From positions 4,800,001 to 4,864,000 of the forward strand of contig OY970166.1 in NCBI GenBank assembly GCA_963706595.1: a stretch of DNA of 64,000 nucleotides, given 5' to 3'. A program made the translations under genes and the position numbers. Positions 53,231 through 64,000 of the stretch are shown piece after piece; position 1 is the stretch's first letter, and every line of letters starts with the position of its first letter. A model generated the notes under the pieces. It searched no databases, was not told the origin of the DNA, and saw only the letters and a program-made list of their open reading frames with translations. The stretch comes from an uncultured cyanobacterium (GTDB lineage Bacteria; Cyanobacteriota; Cyanobacteriia; Cyanobacteriales; Nostocaceae).

Positions 53231-53581
53231 AGGTTACATTCCTGAACGTAATTACTCCAAATACTGGAGTGTACTTTCATCTATCCTAGTGTACTTCAGG
53301 AAGTAGTACCATTACTAGCTAATACAGCCGTTTGCACCCTGATAGCAAGGCGGTTAAATAAAGCGCTACAAAGAATGATCTAGTTATCCCTCGCCGGTCT
53401 GATGTGGATCATTTGTTCATCCTCCAAAATAGATGATAGAGGCTGCTGGAGGATGGTTGAAGAAGCACCAGGTGCAGGGTGCAGGGGGCAGGGGGATTGG
53501 AACTCCCCTACCAAAGGGGTTCTGAGCAACTAAATTTATTTCTGCTCAAAGGAACAATATTTATGTCGCTCACCCGATCAA

Positions 53582-54574
53582 TTAAGCAAGTTGAAAGATA
53601 AATGTTACCAAATCTCCCTTACCTAGACTGATGCGATCGCCTGGTCTCAGGCGGTGTCGATTCCCTGGCAATAACGGCGAGTTATTAATGTAAGTGCCAT
53701 TAGAACTGCCCACATCTTCTACGTAATGAAAATCTCCCTCAACCCGAATATCTGCGTGTATTCGTGAGACAATTTCTGAATTGGAAAATCCTGAAACATC
53801 CACATCTGGAGGAATCCGGTCATTGGGTTTGCCGATGTGAATTACAGACAGACTTTGCGGTAATTCAATTTCCAGATCGCTTTGAACGTGAAACAAGCTT
53901 GCCGTTACCTGCTGCAATTGTGTCATGGAAGCAGATGGGACGGGCGTTGGTGCCGCCGCAACAGGTTCTGGTTCTGGTTCTGGTTCTGGTTGCGGTTCTG
54001 GTTCTAGTTCTGGGGTTTCCACTACGACTGGAGCGGGTTCTGGTTGCGGTTCCGGTTCCGGTTCTGGGGTTTCCACTACGACTGGAGCGGGTTCTGGTTC
54101 CGGTTCTGGTGCTGGGGCTTCCGCTTCTGCTGGTGCTGGGGCTGGGGCTTCCACTGCGACTGGAGCGGGTTCTGGTTCCGGTGCTGGTGCTGGGGCTTCC
54201 ACTGCGGCTGGCGCTTCTGCTGGTGTCACTGACATTGCTGTTGGTGGTAGGACTGAAGCCGCCGACTGATTGGCGTTGGGATCTGGGTTAATTCCCAAAG
54301 GATCTGGTTGTAAAAGTTCTAACAGTGGATCAGGTTCAACTAACTGTGGTACTTCTACGGGGATATCAGGAGCAACTGTGGCTACTGATGTGGCAGCAGC
54401 AGGTGCAAGATTTGAGTGGAGGTTATAACCACATTGACCGCAGAAAGCAGCATCGGCTTGGACAGTTGCGCCGCAGTTGGGGCAGTTACTAGTTGTTGGT
54501 AACGGCGTATAACAAGCTTCACACTGCACAGCGCCGTCTGGATTGGGGTGATTGCAATTAGGACAGACGATCAT
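53582..54574 (-). CDS. fraH: Double zinc-ribbon / Pro-Glu linker / FHA protein (FraH-like)
   Basis: CxxC x4, PE/PA-rich linker, FHA motifs IGK, VSRIHA, SSNGT. Adjacent to pgl. Confidence 0.75.
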   Translation of the reverse strand: MIVCPNCNHPNPDGAVQCEACYTPLPTTSNCPNCGATVQADAAFCGQCGYNLHSNLAPAAATSVATVAPDIPVEVPQLVEPDPLLELLQPDPLGINPDPNANQSAASVLPPTAMSVTPAEAPAAVEAPAPAPEPEPAPVAVEAPAPAPAEAEAPAPEPEPEPAPVVVETPEPEPEPQPEPAPVVVETPELEPEPQPEPEPEPEPVAAAPTPVPSASMTQLQQVTASLFHVQSDLEIELPQSLSVIHIGKPNDRIPPDVDVSGFSNSEIVSRIHADIRVEGDFHYVEDVGSSNGTYINNSPLLPGNRHRLRPGDRISLGKGDLVTFIFQLA

Positions 54575-54808
54575 CAATTTAAGCCTTTCTTCAGGATCAT
54601 AGTAAAAGAATATTGGCCAGCAAAGAAAACTTTGTAGACGCTTCTGCGGTGAGAAAACCCCACAAAGAAAAGTTGCAACGAAATTTAGCCAGTCCTAGAC
54701 GAAGGCATGAGCGACGGCTAGGAACAAGCTGAAATCTCCCGCCGATCAGAAGTTCGCTCAGGGGACAACTTTAGCTTTCGATTTTAACAACTACTCCTGA
54801 TCGGAAAG

Positions 54809-55531
54809 TTAAGCTGGAAGTTCCGAACCTGCTGCTGCATCCAATAACCACCAAAGTTCGCCTTGGGGTTGAATCAAGCGGGATGGATAAGCGAAGTCAT
54901 CTGCCACAGGCGCGAAGACTTGAGCTAAAGCTGGTCGTTTATTAGCACCAGCAACCACAAAAATAACACTACGAGCCGCATTGATAAATGGGTATGTGAA
55001 GGTTATGCGAGGGTTGCCATCTTTGTTTCCCACAGTAATCAGCCGATCATGCACTTTTAAAGCTGCTGTGTGAGGAAACAAGGATGCGGTATGTGCATCA
55101 TCACCCATTCCTAGCAATACTACATCCAAAGCCGGAAACTCGTCGGGGTCAGAGTTAAAAAACTCTCGCAGATGCTGTTCGTGTTTGGCGGCTGATGCTG
55201 CTGGATCTCCGTCTAAAGTTGGTACAGAGTGAATGTTAGTTGCTGGGATATCAACGTGATTTAACCACGCACGCCGAGCCATCAGTTCATTGCTATCGGG
55301 ATGATCTGGTGGTACATAACGTTCATCTCCCCAAAAGATATGAATTTTATCCCAAGGCAGTTTTTGATTAGCGATCGCCTCGTACAATGGTTTAGGCGTA
55401 CTACCACCAGCTAAGGCGATAGTAAACTGTCCCCGTTGTGCAATGGCTGTTGACACCTTGGACAAAATTAAATTTAGCGATCGCTCAACTAGGGCTGAAA
55501 TATCTGGGAGAACTTCCACCTTTTTATTCAT
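54809..55531 (-). CDS. pgl: 6-phosphogluconolactonase
   Basis: ALAGGSTP, WGDERYV, LLGMGDDAHTASLFP, RIT. Confidence 0.95.
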   Translation of the reverse strand: MNKKVEVLPDISALVERSLNLILSKVSTAIAQRGQFTIALAGGSTPKPLYEAIANQKLPWDKIHIFWGDERYVPPDHPDSNELMARRAWLNHVDIPATNIHSVPTLDGDPAASAAKHEQHLREFFNSDPDEFPALDVVLLGMGDDAHTASLFPHTAALKVHDRLITVGNKDGNPRITFTYPFINAARSVIFVVAGANKRPALAQVFAPVADDFAYPSRLIQPQGELWWLLDAAAGSELPA

Positions 55532-55768
55532 GGTTTCATGATCATATTACCGACTTCCAGCAATACCATACCGAACTTATGACTATTCCCCGTTTTAACT
55601 TTTGAAACTTTTAACATGATGCCTGAATTAGACACAAGCAGACAAGACCGAGGAATTCTTTCTTGTACAGACGCGATTTATCGCGTCTCCCTCTAAGTAG
55701 GCAGGGGAGCAGGGAGCAGGGAGCAGGGGGGATAAAAGAACAAATATAATCTGATGAAATGGGGCAAT

Positions 55769-56518
55769 TTATTTTCTGGAAATCCCTAACAACTGATCCC
55801 AATCGGCGATCGCCTCTCTCTGAGCGATTAACAATTGCTGGATGCCTTTTTCGGCAAAATCCAGTAGCTGATTTAACTGAGTCCGGCTATAACTGCCTTC
55901 TTCTGCTGTCCCCTGGACTTCAATTATACCCAGATGTTGATTCATCACCACGTTGAAATCTACAGTTGCAGCCACATCCTCAAGATAGTTTAAATCTAAA
56001 TATGGCTGCCCTTGCAATAAACCCACAGATATTGCTGCTACTTGCCCACATAAAGGCGATCGCTCTAATACACCCGAATGCAATAATTGAGAAACTGCAT
56101 GAGCTAAGGCCACAAACCCGCCTGTAATCGCTGCTGTTCTAGTCCCCGCATCTGCTTGCAACACATCAGCATCTACAGTCAATGTGCGTTCTCCCAACAC
56201 CTCAAAATCAATTGCTGCTCTTAAACTCCGCCCAATTAAACGTTGAATTTCTTGAGTGCGTCCAGACAACTTCAACAATTCCCGTGCTTGCCGTTCTTGT
56301 GTCGCTGAAGGTAACATTCGATACTCAGATGTCAACCAACCTTTGCCAGTTCCTGCTAAAAATTTCGGGACTCCCTCACTCACACTGACAGTACAAAGTA
56401 CCTGAGTGTCTCCAAATTTTGTCAGAACCGAACCAGGAGCAAAGCGGGTAAAACCGGCATGAAAGCTGATGGGACGGAGTTCTTCTGGTTGCCGACCATC
56501 AGGACGCTGCCAAACCAT
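55769..56518 (-). CDS. rph: Ribonuclease PH
   Basis: [34 protein letters not shown]. Confidence 0.96.
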   Translation of the reverse strand: MVWQRPDGRQPEELRPISFHAGFTRFAPGSVLTKFGDTQVLCTVSVSEGVPKFLAGTGKGWLTSEYRMLPSATQERQARELLKLSGRTQEIQRLIGRSLRAAIDFEVLGERTLTVDADVLQADAGTRTAAITGGFVALAHAVSQLLHSGVLERSPLCGQVAAISVGLLQGQPYLDLNYLEDVAATVDFNVVMNQHLGIIEVQGTAEEGSYSRTQLNQLLDFAEKGIQQLLIAQREAIADWDQLLGISRK

Positions 56519-56633
56519 GAGAGTTGCCTCGGAAATTTTATATACAATTAGACTGCTTTCAGGTTAGCATTTCCTCCAAAATTAATATCGGATTTGTAGT
56601 AGGAGCCGATTTGAGGTAACAGGGGCTTTAATT

Positions 56634-57194
56634 TCAGGAAACAGAAAGCAGAGTCGAAATGTTTTGCTGTACTAACTCTGGTAATTGATCACCATTGATA
56701 GTCAACAGGCGGCGGCGACGGTCGTAATATTCTAGAATAGGAATAGTGCGATCATAGAATAGTTCTACTCGGCGCTGGACAATTTCGGGTTGATCATCGG
56801 CAAGAGAACGCTCCAAGGAGCGACGCACCATAATAGCTTCTGGTACTTGTAGATAAATAGCCCAATCTAACTTTTGTCCTAAATCATCCAACAAAAAATC
56901 CAATTCCTCAGCCTGAAACGCAGTCCGGGGATAACCCTCTAATACCCAACCCTGATCAACTTCAGGCTTTTTGAGTTGCAAACGGATAAATTCAATCATG
57001 ATTTCATCCGGGACTAGCTCGCCCTTTGTGACATAAGGCTGTGCATAGCAACCGAGATCACTCATACTAGCGATCGCTTCCCTTAACATCTCACCTGTAG
57101 AAATTTGCGGTATGTCAAAATTTCTGCAAAGCTTTTGCGCTTGGGTGCTTTTCCCCGATCCTGAACCTCCCAAAATCAATAATCTCACGACCAA
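56634..57194 (-). CDS. adk: Adenylate kinase family protein
   Basis: GGSGSGKSTQA, STGEMLR, GELVPD, EGYPRT. Confidence 0.85.
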   Translation of the reverse strand: MVVRLLILGGSGSGKSTQAQKLCRNFDIPQISTGEMLREAIASMSDLGCYAQPYVTKGELVPDEIMIEFIRLQLKKPEVDQGWVLEGYPRTAFQAEELDFLLDDLGQKLDWAIYLQVPEAIMVRRSLERSLADDQPEIVQRRVELFYDRTIPILEYYDRRRRLLTINGDQLPELVQQNISTLLSVS

Positions 57195-57490
57195 TCACTC
57201 CTCTATAAGTAAAATTAATTACAATGTAAATCTGTTTTGCTCAAATCAAGATGATAGCTAAGACTGGGATTTCCCCATTTCCTGCTCCCAGGATTGGCAA
57301 TTATTTTTAACGGACAATTATGTATAATCATTAGTCTCATGCAAAAAACAAAAATGTCAATTGCTTGACTTCAAGCAAAAATTAGTGTCAAAAACTACAC
57401 TTACCCGCAAACAGCACTAATTATCTCAGTAGAGTTGTAACTACTTTCTGCAAAATTCTCTAATTATTTGCTACTTTTTGAACTTTCCCT

Positions 57491-58027
57491 ATGGTTGCCC
57501 AATTAGAAACTCCCAGCGTCAATTCATCCCTCAGCTTACCCTATCCAGTCGAAGGACTAGTACAAGTTTTTACTAGTACACAACGTAATTTTTTTACCGA
57601 TGTGATCGCCCAATCGTTAAGAATCGCGGGTCAAGGGACACCAGTATTAGTAGTCCAATTTCTCAAAGGTGGTATTCGTCAAGGTCAAGAGCGACCCATG
57701 CAATTAGGGCAATATTTAGATTGGATTCGCTGTGATTTACCTCGTTGCATCGACACACCCCATCTAGATGAAGCCGAAAACCAAGCATTACAAAAGCTGT
57801 GGCAATATACACAAAAAGTCGTCAGTGAAAGCAAGTATGATCTCGTAGTTTTAGATGAATTAAGTTTAGCGATTAGCTTTGGCTTAATTCCTGAAACCGA
57901 AGTTTTAGAATTTCTCGCACAACGCCCCCCTCATATCGATATCATTCTCACAGGAACCCAGATGCCGAAATCTCTCTTAGATGTGGCTGACCAAATTACT
58001 GAAATCCGTCGCAGTCATCGACCTTAA
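57491..58027 (+). CDS. CobO/BtuR-like P-loop protein (corrinoid adenosyltransferase family)
   Basis: GLVQVFT, VVQFLKGG, YDLVVLDEL, ILTG, ADQITE. P-loop is degenerate. Confidence 0.75.
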   Translation: MVAQLETPSVNSSLSLPYPVEGLVQVFTSTQRNFFTDVIAQSLRIAGQGTPVLVVQFLKGGIRQGQERPMQLGQYLDWIRCDLPRCIDTPHLDEAENQALQKLWQYTQKVVSESKYDLVVLDELSLAISFGLIPETEVLEFLAQRPPHIDIILTGTQMPKSLLDVADQITEIRRSHRP

Positions 58028-58082
58028 CCTGATTAAGAGCGGGAATTGATAGTTTGTAGATTTATGGAACAAGAGGTTAAAC

Positions 58083-58664
58083 GTGCTAAAAAATGATAAA
58101 TGGATTATTGAACAAGCCAAACTAGGGATGATTTCTCCATTTGAAACCTCTTTAGTGCGCCAGATTGAAGACAGGCGAGTAATTAGTTACGGTTTGTCTA
58201 GCTATGGCTATGATTTGAGATTATCTCCCACAGATTTTCGGATTTTTAAACATATTCCCGGTACAGTTGTCAATCCCAAGCGGTTTAATCCGGACAATTT
58301 AGAATCCATTGCACTGCAAACCGATGAAGATGGCTCATTTTTCATTATTCCAGCCAATTCTTATGCTTTGGGTGTCTCGCTGGAAAGATTGCGGATTCCC
58401 GACAACATTACAGTTATTTGTATTGGAAAATCAACAATGGCGCGTTGTGGGATTATTGCTAACATAACTCCTGCTGAAGCTTCATGGGAAGGTTTTTTGA
58501 CTCTGGAATTCAGCAATGCTTCTAGTGCAGACTGTCGTATTTACGCGAATGAGGGTGTGTTGCAGCTGCTCTTTTTAGAAGGAGAACCATGTCAAACAAC
58601 TTACGCGGAGCGCTTTGGCAAGTATCAAAATCAACCACAAAATGTCACCATTGCCAAGGTTTAA
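58083..58664 (+). CDS. dcd: dCTP deaminase
   Basis: ISYGLSSYGYD.RL, GKST.ARCG, TPAE..W.G.LTLE, GKYQ.Q. Confidence 0.92.
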   Translation: MLKNDKWIIEQAKLGMISPFETSLVRQIEDRRVISYGLSSYGYDLRLSPTDFRIFKHIPGTVVNPKRFNPDNLESIALQTDEDGSFFIIPANSYALGVSLERLRIPDNITVICIGKSTMARCGIIANITPAEASWEGFLTLEFSNASSADCRIYANEGVLQLLFLEGEPCQTTYAERFGKYQNQPQNVTIAKV

Positions 58665-58679
58665 AATTGAAAAATGAGC

Positions 58680-58709
58680 AATTGCTGCTGATCAGTTTCA
58701 GCAGCAATT
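58680..58709. terminator. Hairpin between convergent dcd and pentapeptide genes
   Basis: AATTGCTGCTGA...TCAGCAGCAATT. Confidence 0.6.
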
Positions 58710-58791
58710 TGGTGTGAATATTTAACAAAGTTTGGGTGAAAAGATATAGATAAATCTGGCTTTTTAACACACCGTTAATGATATCTAATGT

Positions 58792-59151
58792 CTAATCTGA
58801 AACTGTACCATCGGGGAGAGTAGCGTTGCGAAAATTTGCTCCTTCCAGGTTGGCATTAGTCAAATTTGCTGCTCGTAAATTGGCACGATCCAAATCAGCT
58901 TTATGCAGGTTAGCGCCTGACAAGTTAGCACCTTCTAGATTGGCAGATGTCAGATAGGTTGTACTTAAATCTGCATTACTCAGATTTGCATCTTCGAGGT
59001 GTGCTTTATTCAGGTTGGCTTGACTGAGGTTTGCACCACTCAGATTGACTTTATGTAGAATCGCTCCGCCTAGATTAGCTCTACTTAAATCAACCTGATC
59101 AAAATTTCGTTCTCCAGAAGCATAACGTTGTAGAAAATTATTGACATCCAT
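58792..59151 (-). CDS. Pentapeptide repeat protein
   Basis: RYASGERNF then ANLxx repeats, ending LPDG. Confidence 0.9.
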   Translation of the reverse strand: MDVNNFLQRYASGERNFDQVDLSRANLGGAILHKVNLSGANLSQANLNKAHLEDANLSNADLSTTYLTSANLEGANLSGANLHKADLDRANLRAANLTNANLEGANFRNATLPDGTVSD

Positions 59152-59211
59152 ATTTACCTCATGTAAATAAAGACTGATTGAATGGCTAAATAATGACAGC
59201 AGTTTAACTAA

Positions 59212-59484
59212 TTATGTAGCGCTGCGAGAAGTTAGCAAGTTCCACAAGAAAATAGCCACGATTGCGCCAAGTACGGCTAAGATGATACCCGTAATACTGA
59301 GAGTTGGAGCCGTGAGAGCAAAGGTTCCTGTACTAAAAAGTACCCCCAAGCTACCGCCAACAAAAGCGCCGATGATCCCCAGCAAGATTGTTCCTAAAAT
59401 CCCACCACCTTGATGTCCGGGGTAAATAGCCTTGGCGATCGCACCAGCAATTAGTCCTAAAACAATCCAAGCTAGAATGTTCAT
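59212..59484 (-). CDS. GlsB/YeaQ/YmgE family (transglycosylase-associated) membrane protein
   Basis: WIVLGLIAGAIAK..PG..GG....LGIIGAFVGG. Confidence 0.88.
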   Translation of the reverse strand: MNILAWIVLGLIAGAIAKAIYPGHQGGGILGTILLGIIGAFVGGSLGVLFSTGTFALTAPTLSITGIILAVLGAIVAIFLWNLLTSRSAT

Positions 59485-59682
59485 GATTTTTAATTTAGTA
59501 AATATTTTTACTGTTCAGACATAGATTAACAGTTCCAAGCTTGGCATTAAATCTGTCATCGGAACTAATTGTTGAGAGTTTCAACAGACTATTTACCTGA
59601 CTAACACTTCTTTTGGTATATACCCCTATGGAATCTTCAGAGTTCTGCACATATCTATTAGCAGTGATCATGTCAAAACCCC

Positions 59683-59712
59683 TGTAGAGACTTTCCATGG
59701 AACGTCTCTACA
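59683..59712. repeat. REP-like GTAGAGAC...GTCTCTAC palindrome
   Basis: Related copies at 38420-38449, 42971-42994 and 55665-55689. Confidence 0.7.
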
Positions 59713-59813
59713 TTTAAATTCATACTTAATTTGAGCAGCGCCAAAGATTTTGGCACAGCTTGAGAAAAAACGGATAAGCTGTTTTATCTAAACTGTTTTT
59801 TTTGAATTCGACT

Positions 59814-61049
59814 ATGGCCACGATTAACGACAACTACCTGAAGCTGAAAGCCGGTTATCTATTTCCCGAAATTGCGCGCCGGGTGAATGCCTTTGTTGAA
59901 GCAAATCCTGACGCTAAAGTTATCCGCTTGGGTATTGGCGATGTCACAGAACCTCTGCCAGAAGCTTGCCGCACAGCGATGATTCAGGCTGTGGAAGAAA
60001 TGGGTGATCGCGCCACATTTAAAGGCTATGGTCCAGAACAAGGTTATGCTTGGTTAAGGGAAAAAATCGCCGCCCAAGATTTTCAAGCCAGAGGCGCTGA
60101 TATAGATGCCTCCGAAATCTTTATCTCCGATGGTTCTAAGTGCGATTCCGGCAACATTCTCGACATTTTCGGCAACAATAACATAATTGCAGTTACTGAC
60201 CCTGTATACCCCGTCTATGTAGACACTAACGTGATGGCTGGTAATACCGGGGATGCCAACGACAAAGGCGAATTTGGCGGTTTAGTATATTTGCCAATAT
60301 CGGCTGATAATAACTTCAAAGCTGAGATTCCCTCCCAGAAAGTCGATTTAATTTATCTGTGTTTCCCCAATAACCCCACTGGTGCAACTGCTACCAAGGA
60401 ATATCTGAAAGCGTGGGTAGATTACGCCAAGGCGAATAACTCGATTATTTTCTTTGATGCTGCTTATGAAGCTTACATCACCGACCCCGCAATTCCTCAC
60501 TCCATATATGAGATTGAAGGCGCAAGAGAATGTGCCATTGAGTTTCGTTCCTTCTCCAAGAATGCAGGTTTTACCGGCACCCGTTGCGCGTTAACTGTTG
60601 TACCCAAGACACTGACAGCAAAAGCGGCGGATGGTTCCGACGTAGAACTGTGGAAGCTGTGGAATCGTCGCCAATCGACTAAGTTTAATGGCGTTTCCTA
60701 CATCATCCAACGGGGTGCTGAAGCGGTTTACTCCGAAGCAGGACAAGCGCAAATTCAGGCCTTGGTGAGTTTTTACCTAGAAAATGCCAAAATTATTCGT
60801 GAACAACTCTCAGCAGCCGGATTAGCTGTATATGGTGGAATAAATGCACCTTATGTATGGGTAAAAACTCCGAATAACTTATCTAGTTGGGACTTTTTCG
60901 ATAAGCTGCTGCAAACTGTGAATGTAGTGGGTACACCTGGTTCTGGTTTTGGTGCTGCGGGTGAAGGTTACTTCCGCATTTCGGCTTTTAATAGTCGGGA
61001 AAACGTCGAAGAAGCCATGAAGCGGATTACCGAAAAGTTTAAGGTGTAA
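59814..61049 (+). CDS. dapL: LL-diaminopimelate aminotransferase
   Basis: [38 protein letters not shown] at 59814. Confidence 0.96.
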   Translation: MATINDNYLKLKAGYLFPEIARRVNAFVEANPDAKVIRLGIGDVTEPLPEACRTAMIQAVEEMGDRATFKGYGPEQGYAWLREKIAAQDFQARGADIDASEIFISDGSKCDSGNILDIFGNNNIIAVTDPVYPVYVDTNVMAGNTGDANDKGEFGGLVYLPISADNNFKAEIPSQKVDLIYLCFPNNPTGATATKEYLKAWVDYAKANNSIIFFDAAYEAYITDPAIPHSIYEIEGARECAIEFRSFSKNAGFTGTRCALTVVPKTLTAKAADGSDVELWKLWNRRQSTKFNGVSYIIQRGAEAVYSEAGQAQIQALVSFYLENAKIIREQLSAAGLAVYGGINAPYVWVKTPNNLSSWDFFDKLLQTVNVVGTPGSGFGAAGEGYFRISAFNSRENVEEAMKRITEKFKV

Positions 61050-61404
61050 AAATCTGTGGTGGGCATTGCCCACCATCAAACCTCTTCCGTACACCAATGG
61101 CGGGCAAGAGTCCCGCCCCACAAGAGTTTTATGATTTGTATCTGTATGCCATTTACCTGCAATCTGCCCTACAGATGAAAGCTATGATAGAAGAGGGACA
61201 AGCAGAAAACTATATTGCATAATAGCCGGAAGCGCTGTAAAGCAAGTTTGGGTGAAAAAATCTGTATTTTATTGCATAAATTCGGTTAATTTATCAACTA
61301 AATCATAACTGTTTGGGTGTTGCTTCACCACTTACCACTATGCAAAAACCTGATTTTTCCAAACCCTGATTTCTGGGTTATCAAAAACATAGGCGAAGCC
61401 CTAG

Positions 61405-64000
61405 TTACTGATTTTTCACCTTTATCTTTGGCAATCGAATTGTAAACATCGTACCTTCCTCCCAAGTCGAATCAAAAAATAACTCTCCTTGATGATTGTT
61501 CGTGACAATTTGATAGCTATTGGGCAATCCCATACCTGTACCTTTACCGACAGGTTTAGTAGTAAAAAAAGGATCGAAAATCCTCGCTTTAACCTCTGGA
61601 GCCATACCTATGCCGTTATCTTTCACCAAAATTGAAACCGCCTCCGATGGCTCTACAATTGTAGTGATAGTAATTATGCCCTGATAGGTTGGGTCAACCT
61701 CCATGATTTGCCGTTCTTCAATGGATTGAATAGCATTCATCAGCAGATTCATAAACACCTGATTTAGCAAGCCAATATAGCATTCAAATTCAGGCAGGTT
61801 GCCATAGTTCTTAATCACAGCAATCTTTGGCTTGCCAATTTTACCGTTTAAATGACTTTGTAAAATCATCAAGGTACTATCAATATTTTCATGTAGGTCT
61901 ACTGGCTTCAAGTCAGCTTCATCTAGGCGTGAAAAGGTGCGTAGAGATTTGACAATATTCTTAATCCGTGATGCCCCTGTCTTCATTGATTGAAGAGTTT
62001 TAGGTAAGTCTTTGATGATAAACTCTAAATCAAGTTCTTCTACCCCCTCCATGATTTCTATCGAGGGAGTGGGATAAGAATCTTGGTAAAGTCGAATAAT
62101 TTTTAATAAACTTTCAGCATATTCCTCCACAGGTTCTAAGTTGCCATAAATAAAGCTAATGGGATTGTTAATTTCATGGGCAATACCTGCTACCAGTTGA
62201 CCCAAGCTGGACATCTTTTCCGATTGGATCAGTTGCATTTGAGTTTGTTGTAATTCCTGATAGGCTCTTTCTAGTTCTTTGGTTTTGGCTTGGGAACTTT
62301 GATAAAGGTCGGCTTGTTGAATGGCGATCGCCACCTGAGTCGCTAGGTTTTGTAATAGCTCAATTTCATCAGGTTGCCAAGCTACACTCCCATCAATTCG
62401 TCCCATCTCAAACGCACCTATTTTACCCTCGCTGTGAATTGGTAAAGCCAGATAAAGATTAATCTCCATCGATTCACAAAATGACCTTAGCTCTGGGTCT
62501 TGACTATCCTGTGAATTTTCGATATCAAGGGTATAAATTTTTTCTGCAAAGATATTCCGAAATAGCACAGGAAACTCCTCAAGATCATAAGAGCCTAACC
62601 AGCTGCAAAGTTTGGGGTTTCGCGTTTCTTGCACCACTTCCCATTGGGACGTTTTAGCATCTGCATGATACCAACCAAATGTACAAATATCCAGATTTAG
62701 TTGCTCAAAGATGGCATTGACCGAACTTTCTAGGATACTGTTTAAAGCCAGGGAGTTGCGAATTTCTGTACTGAGGTGATTCAGCAGTTGGGTGCGATTT
62801 AGGAGAGCTTTGAGTTGAGTCTGGGTATTTATCCGTTCGGTAATATCTCGCGCAGCAGCATAAATCAAATCTCCTTGAGGACTCGAAAGCCATTCAATAT
62901 GACGATAACTACCGTCTTTCGTACGATAGCGATTGACGAATTTTATAATGGTGCGGCCATCATTCAAATCTGAAATGGCGGCTAATGTGGAATCTACATC
63001 GTCAGGATGTACAAAATCTAGGAAGACTTTGCCTTGTAACTCTGAGATAGAATAGCCTAATATATTTTGCCAAGCTTGATTCAGTCGGCGAAAATGCCCT
63101 CCGGTGTCGGCAATGCAAAGCAAATCGAGGGAAATGGTGAAAAAGCGTTCCAGTTCTAATTCTGCCATGCGGCGATCAGTAATATCGATCACGATCCCAA
63201 ACATTTTTACCAATTTTTCGTCCTGAAATTCCAATTCAATGCGGCTATTAATGTAGCGGATTTGATCATGAAGTAGAATCCGACAATCGAAGTCCTGGGA
63301 TTTGCCTTCTCTGGCGGCAGTAACTCGTTCTAAAAAGAAGGTGCGATCTTCTGGGTGAAATTGCTGGACATGCTGATCGAAAGTGGGTTCACCTTGGTCT
63401 GGGGTCATGTCAAAGATGCGGAATACTTCTTCTGACCAGGTCATTTTTTGGGTAGCGAGGTCAAATGACCAGTGGCCTAAATGGGCAATTTCTTGGGATT
63501 TTTTCAGTTTTTCGCTGAGTTCTGTGAGGGCGATTTCGGAGCTTTTAAGATCGCTAATATCAGTGTGAATGCCAATAAACCGGACTGGTTTGCCGTCTTG
63601 ATCTCGTTCTACGAGTTTCCCTTGAACTAAATTCCATTTATAGGTGCCATCTTTGCACCGGATACGATGGATATTTTCATAGGTTTCCGTTTCCCCTTGC
63701 AGATGTTTTGTCATATCCGCATACAATTGGGGTTTATCTTCGGGATGGATGCGGCTTTCCCATTCAGCAAGGTTATTCTCAAGGGTTTCTGTTAAATCAT
63801 AGCCGAGAAATTCTTTCCACTGTTTTTCTGCAAAGCTGACCTCATTGGTTTGCATATTCCAATCCCAAAGTCCTGTATTAGAGGATTCGAGAGCCAGCTG
63901 TAACTGAATCTGGACTTGTCTTAGTTCAGTCAATGTATCTTCTAAGTCGCTGGCTTGCAGCCGATAAGATGCTTCAGACTCTTGCAATTCTTGATATTGC
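61405..64000 (-). CDS. PAS/GAF sensor histidine kinase (5' end outside the window)
   Basis: Three PAS domains, a GAF domain, H-box AGIAHEINNP, N/G boxes DNGIG and FFTTKPVGKGTGMGL. Frame is open to the window edge. Confidence 0.92.
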   Translation of the reverse strand, partial: QYQELQESEASYRLQASDLEDTLTELRQVQIQLQLALESSNTGLWDWNMQTNEVSFAEKQWKEFLGYDLTETLENNLAEWESRIHPEDKPQLYADMTKHLQGETETYENIHRIRCKDGTYKWNLVQGKLVERDQDGKPVRFIGIHTDISDLKSSEIALTELSEKLKKSQEIAHLGHWSFDLATQKMTWSEEVFRIFDMTPDQGEPTFDQHVQQFHPEDRTFFLERVTAAREGKSQDFDCRILLHDQIRYINSRIELEFQDEKLVKMFGIVIDITDRRMAELELERFFTISLDLLCIADTGGHFRRLNQAWQNILGYSISELQGKVFLDFVHPDDVDSTLAAISDLNDGRTIIKFVNRYRTKDGSYRHIEWLSSPQGDLIYAAARDITERINTQTQLKALLNRTQLLNHLSTEIRNSLALNSILESSVNAIFEQLNLDICTFGWYHADAKTSQWEVVQETRNPKLCSWLGSYDLEEFPVLFRNIFAEKIYTLDIENSQDSQDPELRSFCESMEINLYLALPIHSEGKIGAFEMGRIDGSVAWQPDEIELLQNLATQVAIAIQQADLYQSSQAKTKELERAYQELQQTQMQLIQSEKMSSLGQLVAGIAHEINNPISFIYGNLEPVEEYAESLLKIIRLYQDSYPTPSIEIMEGVEELDLEFIIKDLPKTLQSMKTGASRIKNIVKSLRTFSRLDEADLKPVDLHENIDSTLMILQSHLNGKIGKPKIAVIKNYGNLPEFECYIGLLNQVFMNLLMNAIQSIEERQIMEVDPTYQGIITITTIVEPSEAVSILVKDNGIGMAPEVKARIFDPFFTTKPVGKGTGMGLPNSYQIVTNNHQGELFFDSTWEEGTMFTIRLPKIKVKNQ

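Noticed and set aside
53265..53310. LexA box upstream of the M50 peptidase
   Set aside because: The GTAC half-sites do not have the N4 spacing.
53764..54291. Plus-strand low-complexity ORFs (175, 114 and 62 aa)
   Set aside because: They are antisense shadows of the Pro/Glu linker of fraH.
54600..54800. Structured RNA or riboswitch upstream of fraH (TCCTAG...CTAGGA)
   Set aside because: Only a weak hairpin is visible and I recognise no family motif. It would need an Rfam or covariation search.

Overview
This is a chromosomal window from a heterocyst-forming (Nostocales-like) cyanobacterium, judged from abundant HIP1 GCGATCGC octamers, heptamer STRR-type repeats, and xisH/xisI and fraH homologues. 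Most genes are housekeeping: treZ, glgX, ahcY, scpA, cugP, speA, ndk, ldhA, pgl, rph, adk, dcd and dapL. Accessory content includes an ABC ATPase with two tandemly duplicated permeases, a glycosyltransferase/deacetylase cluster, an integrase-less toxin-antitoxin and kinase island downstream of ahcY (25.6-31.2 kb), and a coupled STAND-like ATPase plus TPR gene pair. Two candidates stand out. (1) At 47235-47440 is a ~205-bp IS200/IS605-derived element with no ORF. It retains a left end, an extended -10 promoter and a TnpB omegaRNA-like scaffold plus right end, so it is a possible stand-alone guide-RNA locus; a 23-bp insert interrupts its left-end hairpin. (2) At 20970-21817 is an uncharacterised two-gene operon whose near-consensus sigma70 promoter has a LexA-type SOS box in its spacer. 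Its first product carries a beta-clamp-type motif (QLSLPF). Several MITEs with visible TIRs and TSDs, REP-like palindromes and frameshifted genes (a SulP transporter and a GT4) are also present. No rRNA, tRNA or CRISPR array was recognised. All product calls come from motif recognition by eye, not database searches.
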